Of a stretch of DNA of 64,000 nt, positions 15,545 to 31,783 are shown one piece after another. The notes beneath the pieces are model-generated. The model did not search any database and was not told the DNA's origin. It worked only from the letters and a program-made list of their open reading frames with translations. Each line of letters begins with the position of its first letter. Position 1 is the first letter of the stretch. The stretch comes from the human T2T-CHM13v2.0 reference genome, Homo sapiens, in the NCBI RefSeq assembly GCF_009914755.1, contig NC_060941.1; one strand, 5' to 3'. Both the position numbers and the translations under genes were made by a program.

Positions 15545-16165
15545 AATCCTCCCAAGTCCTGATCTTGCCAGGAGCCAGCACAGGTTCTTGTCTTTGCCAC
15601 ACAAAAGAATTTGAAATCAAGACCAAAGTGATAGTATGGAAGCTTTATGCACACACTCAAGAGAGGAATGCAGGCATGCTAAAAAGAACAAGCCACACCC
15701 AGTGTGGTCAGAGCTCACATACTATATGGAAAAGCATAATGAAAGCACAAAATATTCTATAATGAGGGAAGAGGTTTTCTAGGAAATAGGCAGGCAATTC
15801 CCAGAATCAGGACTTTTCTTGACTAAATATGGTTAATCTGGAACTATCATGGTGTCAGGTGCATGATGGGAGTGGGAGGGTTCCCCATGGAAATTTTATG
15901 GTAATAGGACATAATGAAGCCAAGGACTGACAGCTGGTCAGGTTTTTGGCCATCTTGGATTTAACCAGTTTCAGCTGGTTTCTTCTTTGTTCCATTCTTA
16001 TCTGTGCCTAAAGAAGGATGTGTGCAATCTGTCTTTATTGTTAAGCCTGTTGTAACAGTTGCTTCCTACTAGGGGGTGGGTCCTTGTGCTAACCTGTTTG
16101 GCCTCGTTTGCATTGCTTTTAGTCACCTGCAAGTAATCAAGCCGATTCCCTGCTGCCTGCCTCAT
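15545..16165 (-). mobile_element. Probable ERV1-class solo LTR (family uncertain)
   Basis: ggttcttgtc...aaaagaatt start and ...ctgcctgcctca end resemble reverse-oriented MER-type LTRs. Confidence 0.45.
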
Positions 16166-16345
16166 TGGCATCAGATTCAGTATTGGAGACCACCCCCAAT
16201 GACCTTCTTAGGTTATATTCTCTACTTCAATGAATGATGCTTCTGCTATCCAATTCCCCAGGCCGGAAGCTGGGGGGGGGTAATTTTAGACTCTTCCCTT
16301 TCCTCAGTTCCCACATTTAAAAATTACTAAGTTCTGTATGTTTTC

Positions 16346-16666
16346 TTTTTCTTTTTCTTGGTTTTTTTTTTTTTTTTTTTTTTGAGACGGAGTCTTGCTC
16401 TGTCGCACAGGCTGGAGTGCAGTGGCGCGATCTCGGCTCACTGCAAGCTCTGCCTCCCGGGTTCACACCATTCTCCTGCCTCACTCCCAAGTAGCTGGGA
16501 CTACAGGTGCCTGCCACCATGCCCAGCTAATTTTTTTTTTGTATGTTTAATGGAGACGGGGTTTCACCGTGTTAGCCAGGATGGTCTTGATCTCCTGACC
16601 TTGTGATCCGCCCGCCTCGGCGTCCCAAAGTGCTGGGATTACAAGTGTGAGCCACCGCGCCCAGCC
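16346..16666 (-). mobile_element. AluY
   Basis: TSD agttctgtatgttttct on both sides. Confidence 0.94.
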
Positions 16667-16685
16667 AGTTCTGTATGTTTTCTAA

Positions 16686-17029
<344 letters not shown>

Positions 17030-17134
17030 GAGTCCCTACTTTCAACATCTTGATTTAGACACTTCTTACCTGGATGATTTCAACAAACTGAACTCTCAAT
17101 CCAGCATCACCCACTACCTCTTGCATCACCCACT

Positions 17135-18007
<873 letters not shown>

Positions 18008-18076
18008 TAACTAGTTTATTTGCTTCTACTCTTGCCCCTCTGTAGTCTATTCTCAGCTGAGCAGCCAGAGTGGTCA

Positions 18077-18496
<420 letters not shown>

Positions 18497-19334
18497 CTAG
18501 ACCAGCACTACCCTTGCATATTTCTGCATCCTTTTCTTCCTCGGTTCTACCACACTGTACCCTAGAGTCCAACAGTACTCTTGCAGCGCCCCCAAAACTC
18601 TACAACTGGTTCACATCTCTGTATCTTTACATGTACCCCCACCTTGTCATCACTTCCGAGACCTGAACAATTTGTTCCCCACTGCTCCAGAAGCCCTTTC
18701 TAAACTCTGAGCAGTTATGCATTCCCTTCTCTCTGGGTTCCATCCTTGAATTATGTCTCCACTCCTGAATATATCAAGCTATACTGCTATTAATCCTTCA
18801 AGGGCAGGGACCAGGATTCATTTTTCTTTTAGCATCAGGAACTGACACATGGCAAGCACTCTACAAATGGGTGAATAAATGGATAGGTGAATAGATGAAG
18901 GGTGGAGAGGCAAATTAACACTGAACAATCCCAACATCACCTGCGAGCTCAGAGTGGGGGTGGAGGGTAATTCTCGGCAATACTGTGCACATGGTATTCA
19001 TTCCATAAACACTTGGCAATGGTTATAATAATGATTCTTCTAGTAAAAATGGTATCTATGGTTCCTAACTCTGTAACAAACTCTTAATCTGCAGTTGTTC
19101 CTTTGGTATAAAAAGACTGAAGTATACCATCAAAATAGTGGTATAAGGCTAAGGACTTGAGTTATTTTGTATTGGTATCCTACCGCTTGATTATGAGAGG
19201 TTTTGATGCTAGTAATCTGGCGGGAGGAGGCTAAATGAACGTTATAGCCTTAGCTCAGATAAAAGACAAATCTATTTAGCAATGATAATTGTGTTAGAAG
19301 TAGGAATGATAATTGTAATAATGATGAAAATTAA

Positions 19335-19682
<348 letters not shown>

Positions 19683-21037
19683 AAAGTTCATAAACTTTAG
19701 ACTTATAATTTCATTATTAGAGCTGATCATAAATGTAACTTTATTTTTCTATAGCTGAATTCAACATGGCTCTGGATCCATCTTATTCATTTAAGAGTAG
19801 AAAGCTCTTAATATTAATCTTGCATTGCATTGTGACATAGTCACATCAAGTTAAAAACTTAGTCTTTGGACAGTAGTCAGTTCAGAGTTAAAACTCTCCC
19901 ACAGGCCTGTTTCCCTCTGGAGGGACTTTTCCTCCTTCTCCTCTCTGTGGTGGACTTGGGTTTCCAAAGGCAGCTGACAAAACATCCTGGTGAACTCCTC
20001 CAGTTCTCACTGGCTCTGGTGGCCAGTGCTGGTCCTACCAGATCTTTAGGTGGCATCTTCTGTTTCTGCGTCAATGTCAGCTGAAGTCTCACAGCTGGTG
20101 TCATTGCTTCCTTTCTCTTGGCATTGCCTGGTCCCCCTTTCCTGAGTTAGGTTTCACTTGTCCCTCGTTGGCACTGCTCACATGCCACTGTCCTCCCAGC
20201 ACCTACATTTAACTCAGGTGTAGTCATGAGGAAAAGAGGGTTGTTGGATAGAAGAAATGTTTATAAAAGACCTCAAGGCCATTGCCAATTGCCTGCATAT
20301 AGGACTCAATCCACACATCTGTCAATCTGGAAACTTAAATTCAGTTTATCTTGGGGTTTTCAAATAGTCTCAGGTCATCAAACTTACTGAAGTTGACAGT
20401 TTCATAATTCATGATGATGTACTAGGATTCTTTTGGTTGTAACTGAAAAATTCTAACTCAAATTCATTTAGTGAGAAAAAACGAAAAATGAAAGGAAGGG
20501 AAGATGGGAAGGGACGGGTGGGAAAATAGAGAGAGGAAAGAGAAAATCTTGAGATTACATGATGTCGTTATCAAGACGTTTTTGATGGCAACCAATGAAA
20601 ATCCAACTGAAGTTGGTTTAGGCAAAACAACAAAATAAAATAAATGAATTCGTTTGTATAACTGAAAAGTCAAAGATAGGGCTTAATTTGAACAGGGCTG
20701 GAGCTAGAGACTTGCATGATATTCTGTACATCTTGGTTTTCCCGTAGCTGAAGAATCTCTGTGACTTGGATACTCTCGTTGGCCAAGGCAGGATCAAATG
20801 ACAGCTGGAATAAGCCCCACTGAAACTATAAGGATTTGGAAGGGAGAGTTCTCCAAAGGAAACTTAAACTAAGTTACCAGAATAAAGGTGAACATTTATT
20901 AGGCAGGCAGACATTACAGGCATAGGTAGGACACATCTATATCTAAAAGGAAAGCTTCCTTGAAATTCAAATTCATATCAGAAAGAGCTGGATGACTATA
21001 TGGACACAGCGTAAGCAGGAAAATATCTCTAAGCTTC

Positions 21038-21470
21038 TGTTTTAGTCCCGTTTATATTGCTATAAAGGAATACCTAAGGCTGGGCAATTTATAAAGAAAA
21101 GAGGTTTATTTGGCTCACAGTTCTGCAGGCATACACAAAGCATGGCACCAATGTCTGCATCTGATGAAGGCCTCAAGCTGCTTCTTTTCATGGTGGAAGG
21201 GAAAGTGGAGCTGATGTGTGCAGATATCACATGGCAAGAGAGGAGGCAAGAGAGAGAGGGGAGGGAGATGCCAGGCTTCTAAAAAATAACCAGCTCTCAA
21301 GGGAACTAATAAAGTGAGAACTCACTCACCCACCCCCACAGGAAGGGCATTTATCTCTTCATGATGGACCCGCCCCCATGACACAAATATCTTCCACTTG
21401 TCCCCACCTCCAACATAGGGGATCAATTTTCAACATGAGGTTTGGAGGGTCAAATATCCAGACTATAACA
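21038..21470 (-). mobile_element. MST (MaLR) solo LTR
   Basis: tgttttagtcc...attgctataaaggaatacctaaggctggg...caaatatccagactataaca. Confidence 0.85.
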
Positions 21471-21740
21471 GTCTCCAGCCCTCAGTGTAGTATTTATTGC
21501 TGCTGGTTGCCCTGGGCTTCTTCTCCTTCTATGGCAACCAGTGATGCTATCCCATCTTTCCCCAAATCCTAGAGCTGCCTGAAGAAAGAAAGTTCTCCCC
21601 CACAGGCAATGCGGGGAAAACACTCCTTTTCAGTTCTTCTAGTTCCTTCTCAGTTTTATGCCCAAGCTGACTGGAGCACTGCAGAAACATCATGACTGCT
21701 CTCTTTAGCATCATGTGCCTGGTTCTTGAAGAAGGGATGG

Positions 21741-21862
21741 TCACCCACCACCACTGCATTGTCATCCCACTCAGTCAGCACCATTTACCACCATGGTCCC
21801 CATCACCCACCACCACTGTATTGTCACCCCACTCAGTCAGCACCATTTACTACCATGGTCCC
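21741..21862. repeat. Tandem duplication, 2 x 62 bp
   Basis: Units start at 21741 and 21803; 3 mismatches over 60 aligned bp. Confidence 0.92.
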
Positions 21863-22849
21863 GATTCAGGGGACCAGCAGGGCTGAGGGAAAGGGTCTCT
21901 TCTGTGTTTATGGCATGCTCCCTCTCAACCTTCCCATCCAAGTGTGGTTGTGTCTAAATAAGGAGACCTCCAAAGTGTAGCTGGGATGTTTTAAATAAGG
22001 GAGAAGAGAAAGATGTAAAGTAACCATTTCAACTTCCCATTCTATTGCAGAAAAGCCATAAAATGGACCTGAGTTATGCCCCTTGTGAAGCTTGGTTGGG
22101 GGAGCCCTAATTCTGACTGATGGGACCCTCCTGTCACTCCATGTCATGGTTTAAGAGCTGTGAAGCTCCTATTCACAGTGCTGGTGGTTATTTACCTTGG
22201 ACCTGAGGTCATAAGCCATATCTGCAATCAACAAAACAAAACAACAACCAAAAAAAAAGCCACTTCAATTTTCTCAAATCTCCCAAGATTTAAAAAGGAA
22301 CAAAAAGTTACTGGTGTGTTTGCTGACTGGAGTGATTATGCCGCTCAATCATTTTGATTTACAATTGCATCTTTGTCCCTGTAGAAATAACTCTCCGCAG
22401 CTGAACAACAGGAGATGGAAATGGATTAACCTTCCAACTTGTGAATGTAAGACAAGTTCTAGGGAGCAGGCCTCCGTTTGAGGTTAACACAAAGTCTCCC
22501 GTTTCAATGAATACACAAAATTAAAGAGCATTCTCTTTTTTCCCTTTCCTTTTCTTTTCTTTTGATCTGCCCTGAAAAGGGAATTATCAACAGCGTGTAA
22601 GCCTCAGTTTTATTTTTCCCCTTGTGCATTTTGCATCATAAAGCACTGGAATCTGTTTGACGTGTTCCAGGAGCTCTGAAGTAACCTTTGGTTGTTGCGT
22701 GAAATAGACTGCAGAAAAATGAGAGGCAAGAGACCATTCTGGAATGTAAAGTTTATGGGCCGTATTGCAAATACAAATAGCTTCTTTACTTTCTAGAAAT
22801 AAATAGGTCTGTGTCTTTCCTTTGCATCTGAAAAGGCCATTACACTAGG

Positions 22850-23005
22850 CCAGTGACTCTCAAACTTAGACGGGCATCAGAGTCACCGTTAAAACAGATT
22901 GCCACCCCCAGAATTTCTGATTCAGTACATCTGGATTAGGACTTGAGAGTTTGCATTTCTAACAAGTTTCTAGGTGATGCTGATGCTGCTGGTCCAGGGA
23001 TCACA
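22850..23005. mobile_element. MER5A DNA transposon
   Basis: ttctgattcagta...tttgcatttctaacaagtttctaggtgatgctgatgctgctggtcc. Confidence 0.85.
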
Positions 23006-23225
23006 TCACTCTGCTGATCTGAAAGTAGATAGAAAATCATCCTTCTCTCCCAGCTCATGAGCAGAATGGAAGTTTTCTCAGGTGCTGATATTCCCATCAC
23101 TTTATTACTGCCTCCAGGTGTCATATGACTTCAGAGGCTGGGCTGGATGGGAAATTCAGCTGGCCTGGGCCACTGGGATTCTTACTGTTCAACTTTAATC
23201 TGGCCATCTATTTCTAGTAAGGACT

Positions 23226-23750
23226 GTGTAAATAAATGGAGACCAATCACATGAGAACAATCAAAGGCTATTTATTCAGAGCTTGCTCTAGCAAGAAAGT
23301 CAGCCACCATTACTTGTGCTTAGCCACTCAAAGGCAGGCAGAAAAGTGAAAAAACTTTATAGTCAAAAGAGGGAAGGCTTCCAGTGTGCCCTGCGGTAGG
23401 CGGGCTCACTGGAAGTCTGATGTTCTATGTGATTGGTTAGGGGAGCATGTTTGGCTTTCTCTGGGTGGTCCACAGTTGGAAGCAGGGATAAAAATTAAGG
23501 AAATTGTTTATTGTTAATCAAGTCCTGGCCATTTGGAGCCACTTGCTATAGGGGTTTTTGTTTGTCTTCCTGCAATATTACTAGAGATAGAAGTCCGACT
23601 TCCTACAAGTCTGACTTAGCAAGCTGGCTTCCTGGGCTGGTTATTGTAGAAAAAGGGTTGGTTCCTAAGCAGGTTGCTTCAGATTATGGATCAGAGGTCA
23701 GTTTTTATATATGTTCTATCATTGTCCACTTGGACATTCAGTCTTTCAGG
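23226..23750 (-). mobile_element. Probable ERV solo LTR (family uncertain)
   Basis: ctatttattcagagcttgctctagcaag (reverse AATAAA) and gattgg (reverse CCAAT) in LTR-like spacing. Confidence 0.5.
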
Positions 23751-23955
23751 ATTCACAGTAGACATTCCCTTTTTGTATCTTGTTAAATCTTTGGCACACT
23801 CCACACTGGCTACTTTTAATTAAATTATGACTGATCTTTATTAAGGGCCTACTATATGAAAAGTATTATGTTAAGTACATGAAGCTTTATAAGCAATAGC
23901 TACCAATGTCAGTGAGAAGCAGCCTAAGCTGTTTTGGCATCAGGGAGAAAGGTCA

Positions 23956-24321
<366 letters not shown>

Positions 24322-24548
24322 TTACTATGGTGGAGAGAGGACATCCAGAGTTCCTGGGAAAGAAACCCAGGTCAGGGAGCCTGGTCCCATCTGACAGCGC
24401 AGCTTTGTACCTTTGTATCAGGAGCTGTCATCTATTCTGCTCCACAGAGTTGGGTCCTCAGGTCATGCCCAACAGGCCAGTGACTAGTCCAGTGCCCACA
24501 GTCCCTCCAGTCACAACTCCTGATAAGTCCCGTGCTTCTCCAATGCAG

Positions 24549-24809
24549 GTGGATGATCTGAAAGCAAAGCTGGCTGCCCAGGAAGTAGAGCTGAAGCAGA
24601 AAAATGAAGATGCAGACAAACTGATTCAGGTCGTGGGTGTGGAGACTGACAAAGTGAGCAGAGAGAAAGCCATGGCAGATGAAGAGGAGCAGAAGGTGGC
24701 CGTCATCATGCTAGAGGTGAAACAGAAGCAGAAGGACTGTGAGGAGGACCTGGCAAAGGCTGAGCCAGCACTCACAGCAGCGCAGGCAGCTCTCAACACC
24801 CTGAACAAG
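24549..24809 (+). CDS. DNAH9: DNAH9 coding exon (stalk coiled coil CC1, VDDLKAKL...LNTLNK)
   Basis: caatgcag|GTG and AAG|gtagga; 261 nt, phase 0-0. Heptad-rich, with the conserved DLAKAEPAL proline of CC1. Confidence 0.96.
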
Positions 24810-27344
24810 GTAGGAGGACTGTCTGCCATACCTGCTCATCCCTCAGGGGCTGGTAGACGCAGAGACCACCTTGGCATTCCCAAGAGATGCAAGGACAATG
24901 TTGGGAGAGTTTAGGGTGGGCTCCAACTGTCACTGATTTGCTCATTAAGCAAGCAAACATTTCTTAGGACTATCTTTTCGGTTCCATGAGCTACCAATGA
25001 AATCCCGGAGATGGGAATCTTAGAACCAGACAGAACATGAAAAGTCAGCTGATCCAAACTCCTTACTTCATGTATGAGAAAACCAAGGCCCAGGGAGGAG
25101 GACAGACTAGGCCAGACCCATAAACTTAAATATTAGAGCAGAGACTTGAATTTACATCTTCAAAATCTAATCCCAGGGATCTTCCTGCTCCAGTAACCCA
25201 GGACCATTTTGCCCTTTAGGTTCTGTGGGACACACGAGCCCTTTAAGGTTTTTATGTTAAATGTTTAAGATAAGAGAATAAAATAATATGTTAGCCTCAA
25301 AATATACTTTTTAATCTATAAAATCAAAATTGGTAAGTAATTAAGTGGCAACCACATAACTGTATGTCAACTAAATTAAACTCATAAATTTACTCTGGAA
25401 GGAAGGTGGGGAGGGCACGAGGCTTAGCCACTCTTTTCTTTTCTCATTTTTCACAATTAACTTTTTTTCCCACTTGGATAACCATGGTTGAGAGGCAAAG
25501 GTGGAAGGAAAAGAGGGGCAGTCAGACTCAAGTCATTATGAGTTGGCACCAGAGATGGACAGAAAGCTGCCCCCTTTTCTGTTGAGATGCTCACATATGT
25601 TTTTTGGAGATCCTCTGCCAGTCACTGGGGACCTCATCCCTACAGATTGCTTTCTCTGCCTTCTCCCGAGAGTCTGGCAATTCCCTTTCTTCCTTCAAAT
25701 GAAACACTTGGGCAAGTTCTAAAACAACCTGTGGCGGCTGAGCCATGCAAATGGCTCACATCTGGTCCACTGGAGATTTCCACACCACCTTTCCCTGAAC
25801 AAGCTCTAAGAGGCCCCCCATGCCGAATACTCTGCCCACATGCCTCGGAGCTAGCCCGCTATTTGTATGCACTCTAGATTTCTGGGATGTAAGTTAGACC
25901 CCAGTCCACCGTGCCAGTCAAACTTCAGGAGAAACATATTAAGCTCACTGAGTAGTCTTTTTGAAGTCCCTCCTTCCATATTTCATGTGAAAAGGGGTAG
26001 CTGCCACATCCTCCCTTGAAGGCACAGTGGGTGGGATGCACCAGTAATCCTCATGGAAGTTTCCTCTTAATCTCTAACCTCCTGACTTTCTTATATCCTC
26101 AATTAGAGTAAAGGGTTGAAAAGTCAAAAAAGCTAATCTTCTGAAACCTTCTTGAATTCTGCATTGTCACCTCATACCTCACATTGGAATGTAGCATCTA
26201 TTGCCTCAGGGCCTCAACTAGGCACATTGTAAAATCCTATTATAGATGGTTATAATAAAATTATATTTAATGTGAGATGTGAGTGCATTTTTGTATTTTT
26301 TATGATGTGGCATAAGGAAACCCTAAAAGTAAGGGTGTCCAAGACCAGTAAAGTTCTTAAATGAGCCTCTACTGCAAAGAAAAACACAAGATTTTTCCAT
26401 TAGGAATTTGTTATATCATTGGGTAGGCCAGGATCAGAGGTGTGACCCGGCTGTACCACTGTTTCTGAGCCTGAAGCTTTCCTACAGCCAGACAGGCTTC
26501 TCTCTGGCCCCTCACAGCAACACTCTGCTCACCTGTAGGCCTTTAATTAGACTGTACCCACCCCCTTCCTCATTTAGGGTCCCTCTCCATTCATTCCGTC
26601 TAAATCTTACCCAAATTGCGAAATCAACCTTACATTCCAGATCCATGCCTTCTGTTTCTGATTTCCAGAACACAAAAGATAGAACCACTTTATTTACACA
26701 CCTTCATGTCTTGTTCACTGATCATTCCTTGCCAAGAAGACAAACGTCTTTCATAAGTTCTTTTCATACAGGTTTTATATTTCCTAAGATGACTATCGTT
26801 CAAATACTAGTTGCACTACTTAGTAACTTTGTGGCTCTGGGAATAATTTTATCTTCTCTGAGCTTGCGTTTTCTCATCTGTGAAATGGAAGCAATGATAA
26901 TACCATTCCCATTACGTTGTTACAAGGATTAGTGTATGAAAAGTAGCTAACAGATGATAGCTACACAGTAAATATTTGTTGTTGTTGGTAGTGGTGGTGG
27001 TGATGTTGTCATAACCAGAATTATCACTTCTGTTTCCACAAAACTGCAAACAAAATGAACATTTATAAATACTGTTGGTTAATTTGATTAATTGATAGAT
27101 TGAAATAAATAATAGGTATGTAACTTGTGAAGTGATGGAATAGGATACTGAAAATCACACTGGATTTGAAGTCTAGACAACAGAAGTAAAATTCATTTTG
27201 AATGAGTACCTACTATGTGCCAGGTAATATGATAGATGCTGTCCTCGAACTAGTGTATAGCTTGGTGCAAGTCACTGAAGTCCTTGATTCCTCAGTTTCT
27301 TTTCCCTAGTATTAGAGAGGGGAAAACAGGAATTAACAGGTTCT

Positions 27345-27900
27345 TTATGTCACTTTACACTCCCATCCAATCTATTAACAAACTACTTTCAAAATATATC
27401 CAAAATTCAAATACTTTGGATCCTCCCTACTGCTACCACTCAGGTCCAAGCCACCATCATCTCTGCCTTGGACTATGGCAATAGCCCCTAAGTTGCTCTC
27501 TCTGCTCCTACCCATAATCCAACACTGTCTTTGTCCGTTACAGCAATCTGAGTAATCTTTTTGTAAAACAGGTGTTTGACCATGTCATCTCTGTGTTCAG
27601 AATCTTCCATGGTTTCCCATCACATTCAGAATAAAACCCGAAGATGTCACCATGGCCTAAAAGGCACTCCATTATTTGCCTGTGCCACCTCTTCTGCATC
27701 AGTTACTACTCTTCCTTTTGCCGTTCTACTCCACCCACGCCAACCTTCCTGCTGGGTCTCAAATGTTCCAAGCACAGTCTCACCCCAGGACCTTTGAACT
27801 AGTGCTTGCCTCTGCATAGAAGGTTCATCTTCCAACTATCTCCATGGTTCCCCACTCTTCTTTCAAGTGTTTGCCCAAAAGTCACCTCATCAGGAAGCAA
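27345..27900 (-). mobile_element. L2 fragment
   Basis: ggtccaagccaccatcatctct...ccaggacctttgaactagtg, typical of the L2 3' region. Confidence 0.65.
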
Positions 27901-29145
27901 ATAATAAAGGCATTCATTAATTTCAGAAAAAAATTAAGATATACAAGAAAGAAATTAATCCAAAGTGAACAATAGTTATAGTCATATTCATGTGCATACT
28001 GAATGTTAATTTAACTAAAAGTTTGATATAACCATAATGGGGAGAGGGAAAGGAAGTCAGTAACGGTAACTAAATATTCACATTCTACGGTAGGAAGTCA
28101 CTTGATAATGTCTTAAATGAAAAAGTAGCAGCATAAGCATGTTCTTTATCAGTAAGGAGTATAATCTAGAAGTAATGGTGCAGAAACTGAAAGTGGTGAC
28201 TTCCAGAGAGACAGAACTGGCATGAAATGGGCATGTGTTTTGTTCCCAGCCTTGTAGTGGTATTACAGCTTGTAAACTATGTGCATGTGTTACATTAGCA
28301 GAAATAAAAATTAAAAAATTTCAGTGACTTGAGATCACAGAAGAAGGCATAGTGAACTGCCTGGCCAGGTAGGAAATAGGGAAGAGAAACCCCATGAAGC
28401 AGATAGTATAAAGATAAGTATTTTACTAGATGGAGAAGGTGGTAGAAAAGAACATCCCAGGAAGGAACGACCTCTGTGAAGACCCAGATGAATGAAGGGT
28501 GTGGTATATCTGAGCTGTGGGTACAGAAGTGGGTGGCTTAGAAGGTGATGTGGCAGGGGAGGCTCTAAAGGTGAGTTGAACAAGACAATTAACAGTCCAT
28601 CCGTCACCAAGAAGTTTAACTGTAGACCGGTTCACAATCTACAGGTGGCAATGCATTACTGGGTTGCAGCAGCCCGTTTTTATGAAATAGAGTGGTCCAT
28701 AGTACACCACCTGTAGTAAGGACGAATATTGCTCCATGAGCCCAAGGACTCCTCGACTATCTTTAAACCCTTCTGCACTCACAGGACTTTGGTATTTAAG
28801 GACCATTTCTCTGTTTTCTCATTATTTTCAAAGTTAGCAATAAATCTTTAGCTAATACATAAAGAATACCTATAAATCAGAGGTGGGTAGTAAGTCTCTG
28901 CACACTTTAAGTCTCCATTTTGGCAGTTTTATTTTGTTTTTATAGCTGAACTAAAATAAATCCAGTATAACTTTTTCTGCCTTCATTTAGGAATGGTTTA
29001 TCTTGCAATTTCATGGTCTCCCTCCCACCCCCTCAAAGTTACTTGGAATGGTCTATTTATTTCCCATGCATCTTTTTACAGTGAACTTATTTCTTCTTAT
29101 ACAAATAATAGGTAACAGCATTTTTGTTGCTGAAAATAACTCAAG

Positions 29146-29519
<374 letters not shown>

Positions 29520-29652
29520 CTAGTGATGGCTCCTATAATAATTTGGAGTGTGTCTATTTCAGCAGTTTTTCTACACATTTATGTTTGTATTAATGCACAT
29601 ATAAAACAAATCTTAAATACAAATGGAAATTACCAAATTACTTTCCCTCCTG

Positions 29653-30210
29653 TTTTACTGTATGTATTTAAGGTATGAGGCTTTTGATATGCATATACAT
29701 AGTAAAATGATTGCCACAGTCAAGCAAATTAACATATTCACCACCTCACATAGTTATATTTATGTATGTACAGTGAGAGCACCTAAAATCTGCTTTCTTA
29801 GCAAATTTCCCATACGCAATAATATGTGTTGGTCAAAGTGTGAAGAAATGGGAATGCTTGTGCACTGTTGGTGAGGATGCAGATTGGTACAGCTGCTATG
29901 GAAAACAGTATACAAAGGCTTCTCAAAACATTAAAAATAGAAACAGCATATGACCCAGCAATCCCTCTTTTGGGTATATACCCAAGGGAAATGAAATCAA
30001 CACCTCATAGAGATATCTGCACTCCTTTATTCATTGCAGCCTCATTCCCAAAAGCCAAAATATGGAGAAAACATAAATGTCCATCGACATTATACAAGAA
30101 AGACATCCTGCATTTGCAACAACACTAATGAGCCTAGAAGACATTATGCTAAGTGAAATGAGTCAGACATAAACAGAAATACACTGTATGGTCTCACATG
30201 TGGAATCTCG
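29653..30210 (-). mobile_element. L1MA fragment with an inverted 5' segment
   Basis: 29653-29820 is the antisense L1MA 3' end; 29820-30210 is sense ORF2-end/3'UTR. Flanked by ctttccctc(c/t)tg at 29641 and 30211. Confidence 0.7.
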
Positions 30211-30447
30211 CTTTCCCTCTTGATACAAGATTACTTTATTTCATGCCAGTACATGTATTGAAACCTCATTTATTTAATGCTTCATAGTACTCTGTCTAAT
30301 AGTACTGCATTCTATTTAATTATTTATCTATTTTTGAGCATTTAGTTTACTTTTTCCAATACAATTTTCCTTATACATATATCTTTATTGTTTGTGTGTA
30401 AGAATTTCTCTGGGCAAACAAGAAGTACAATTGCTTGACAGAACAAC

Positions 30448-30905
30448 ATGGTAGGCTAAATAATGCCTCTCCCCCAAAGAGTTCCACATCCTAATCTCTG
30501 AAGCATGTGAATGTTGCCTCATATAACAAAAGTGACTTTGCAGATATCATTAAGTTAAGGATCTTGAGACAGGGGGATTATCTGGGATTATCCAGGTGGG
30601 CCCTAAGTAATCACAAGGGTCCATAGAAGAGAGAGAAAAAAGGTCGGGAGAAGGAAGTGACGTGATGACAGAGGGAGAGGGAAGAAAATATTGTGTGATA
30701 TGGGGCCACGAGCCAAGGAATCGGACAACCTCTGGAAGCTGAAAAGGGTGTGCAACGGATTCTCCACAAAAGCTTCCAGAAGGAATCAGCCCTCCCAACC
30801 CCTTGATTTTAGGACTTGTGACCTCCAGAATGGCAAGATAGTACATCCATGTTGTTTTGAGTCAGGAAGTTTGTTTTAACTTCTTACGGAAACAATAGAA
30901 ACCTC
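30448..30905 (+). mobile_element. MLT1 (MLT1C/D-like) MaLR LTR
   Basis: tggtaggctaaataatg...gattatccaggtgggccctaagtaatcacaagggtc...caatagaaacc. Confidence 0.8.
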
Positions 30906-31108
30906 TTAAAATAATATGCTCTTTTTTAAAAATACATTCTGCCAAGTTTCTATCCAAAATAGCTGTTCTTACAGTTCTGAACACTGCTCCTCCCACATCC
31001 TGGCCAACCTTAGATATTTTTAGTCACTTCAGTTTTACTCAATGAAATGACTTTTTAAATTCTCACTTTTATTTTAACTTTAAGTGGTTTCATTCTAATG
31101 AGACTGGG

Positions 31109-31783
31109 TGTTGATCAAAGAAAATGATCAAGGCAAGTCTCAATCATTTTAGGAGGTTTATTTGCCAAGATTAAGGATATGCCCAGGAAAGAACACAGAG
31201 CCACGAGAAAAATGTGGTCCATGCTTTTTCCAAAGAGGCTCTGGGAACCTCAGTGTTTAAAAGGAAAGGAGCAGGTATTGAGGAAAGAGAAAAAACATTT
31301 TTTAAAGCGTGTGGGTAAGTTAAGAGGCAAATGGTTGCATCCTTTTGAGTCTTTGTTCAGCCATTCACACGTGAGAGGAGGGTAGGGGAACAGTCACTTA
31401 TGCGTCCATCTTGCTCAGTGAATCTGCATTTTTACATAAGATAATATAAACATAGGGCAGAGGAAGCAATCAGACATGTATTTGTCTCAGGTGAACAGAA
31501 GGATGATTTTGAGTTCTGTCCTTTGTCCCGTACCTGTGAAGATAAGCTGTCAATTTACATTGTCAGGGTGAAATTCAACAGAACTGTTTTAGGATAAAGA
31601 TCTTGGGGCCCACAAGGAATTTCCTTGTGGGCAAATTGTGAGGGAAGTATGTAGCTTTTTTATCTTTGTAGCTATTTTATTTAGGAACCAAATGAGAGGC
31701 GGGTTTGCGTGACCCAGTTCACAGCTTGACTTTTCCCTTTGGCTTAGTGAGTTTGGGGTCCTGAGATTTATTTTCCTTTCACA
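31109..31783 (-). mobile_element. MER4A-type ERV1 solo LTR
   Basis: TG...CA termini; reverse complement begins tgtgaaaggaaaataaatctcaggaccccaaactcactaagcc; 4-bp TSD tggg at 31105 and 31784. Confidence 0.88.

Noticed and set aside
21741-21862. Repeat pair resembling a CRISPR-like or RNA array
   Set aside because: Two adjacent units with no spacers in a primate intron; simple tandem duplication.
26408-26932. 174-codon ORF in an intron
   Set aside because: Non-ATG start, no recognisable domain, and the 3' part overlaps MIR-like sequence; chance ORF.
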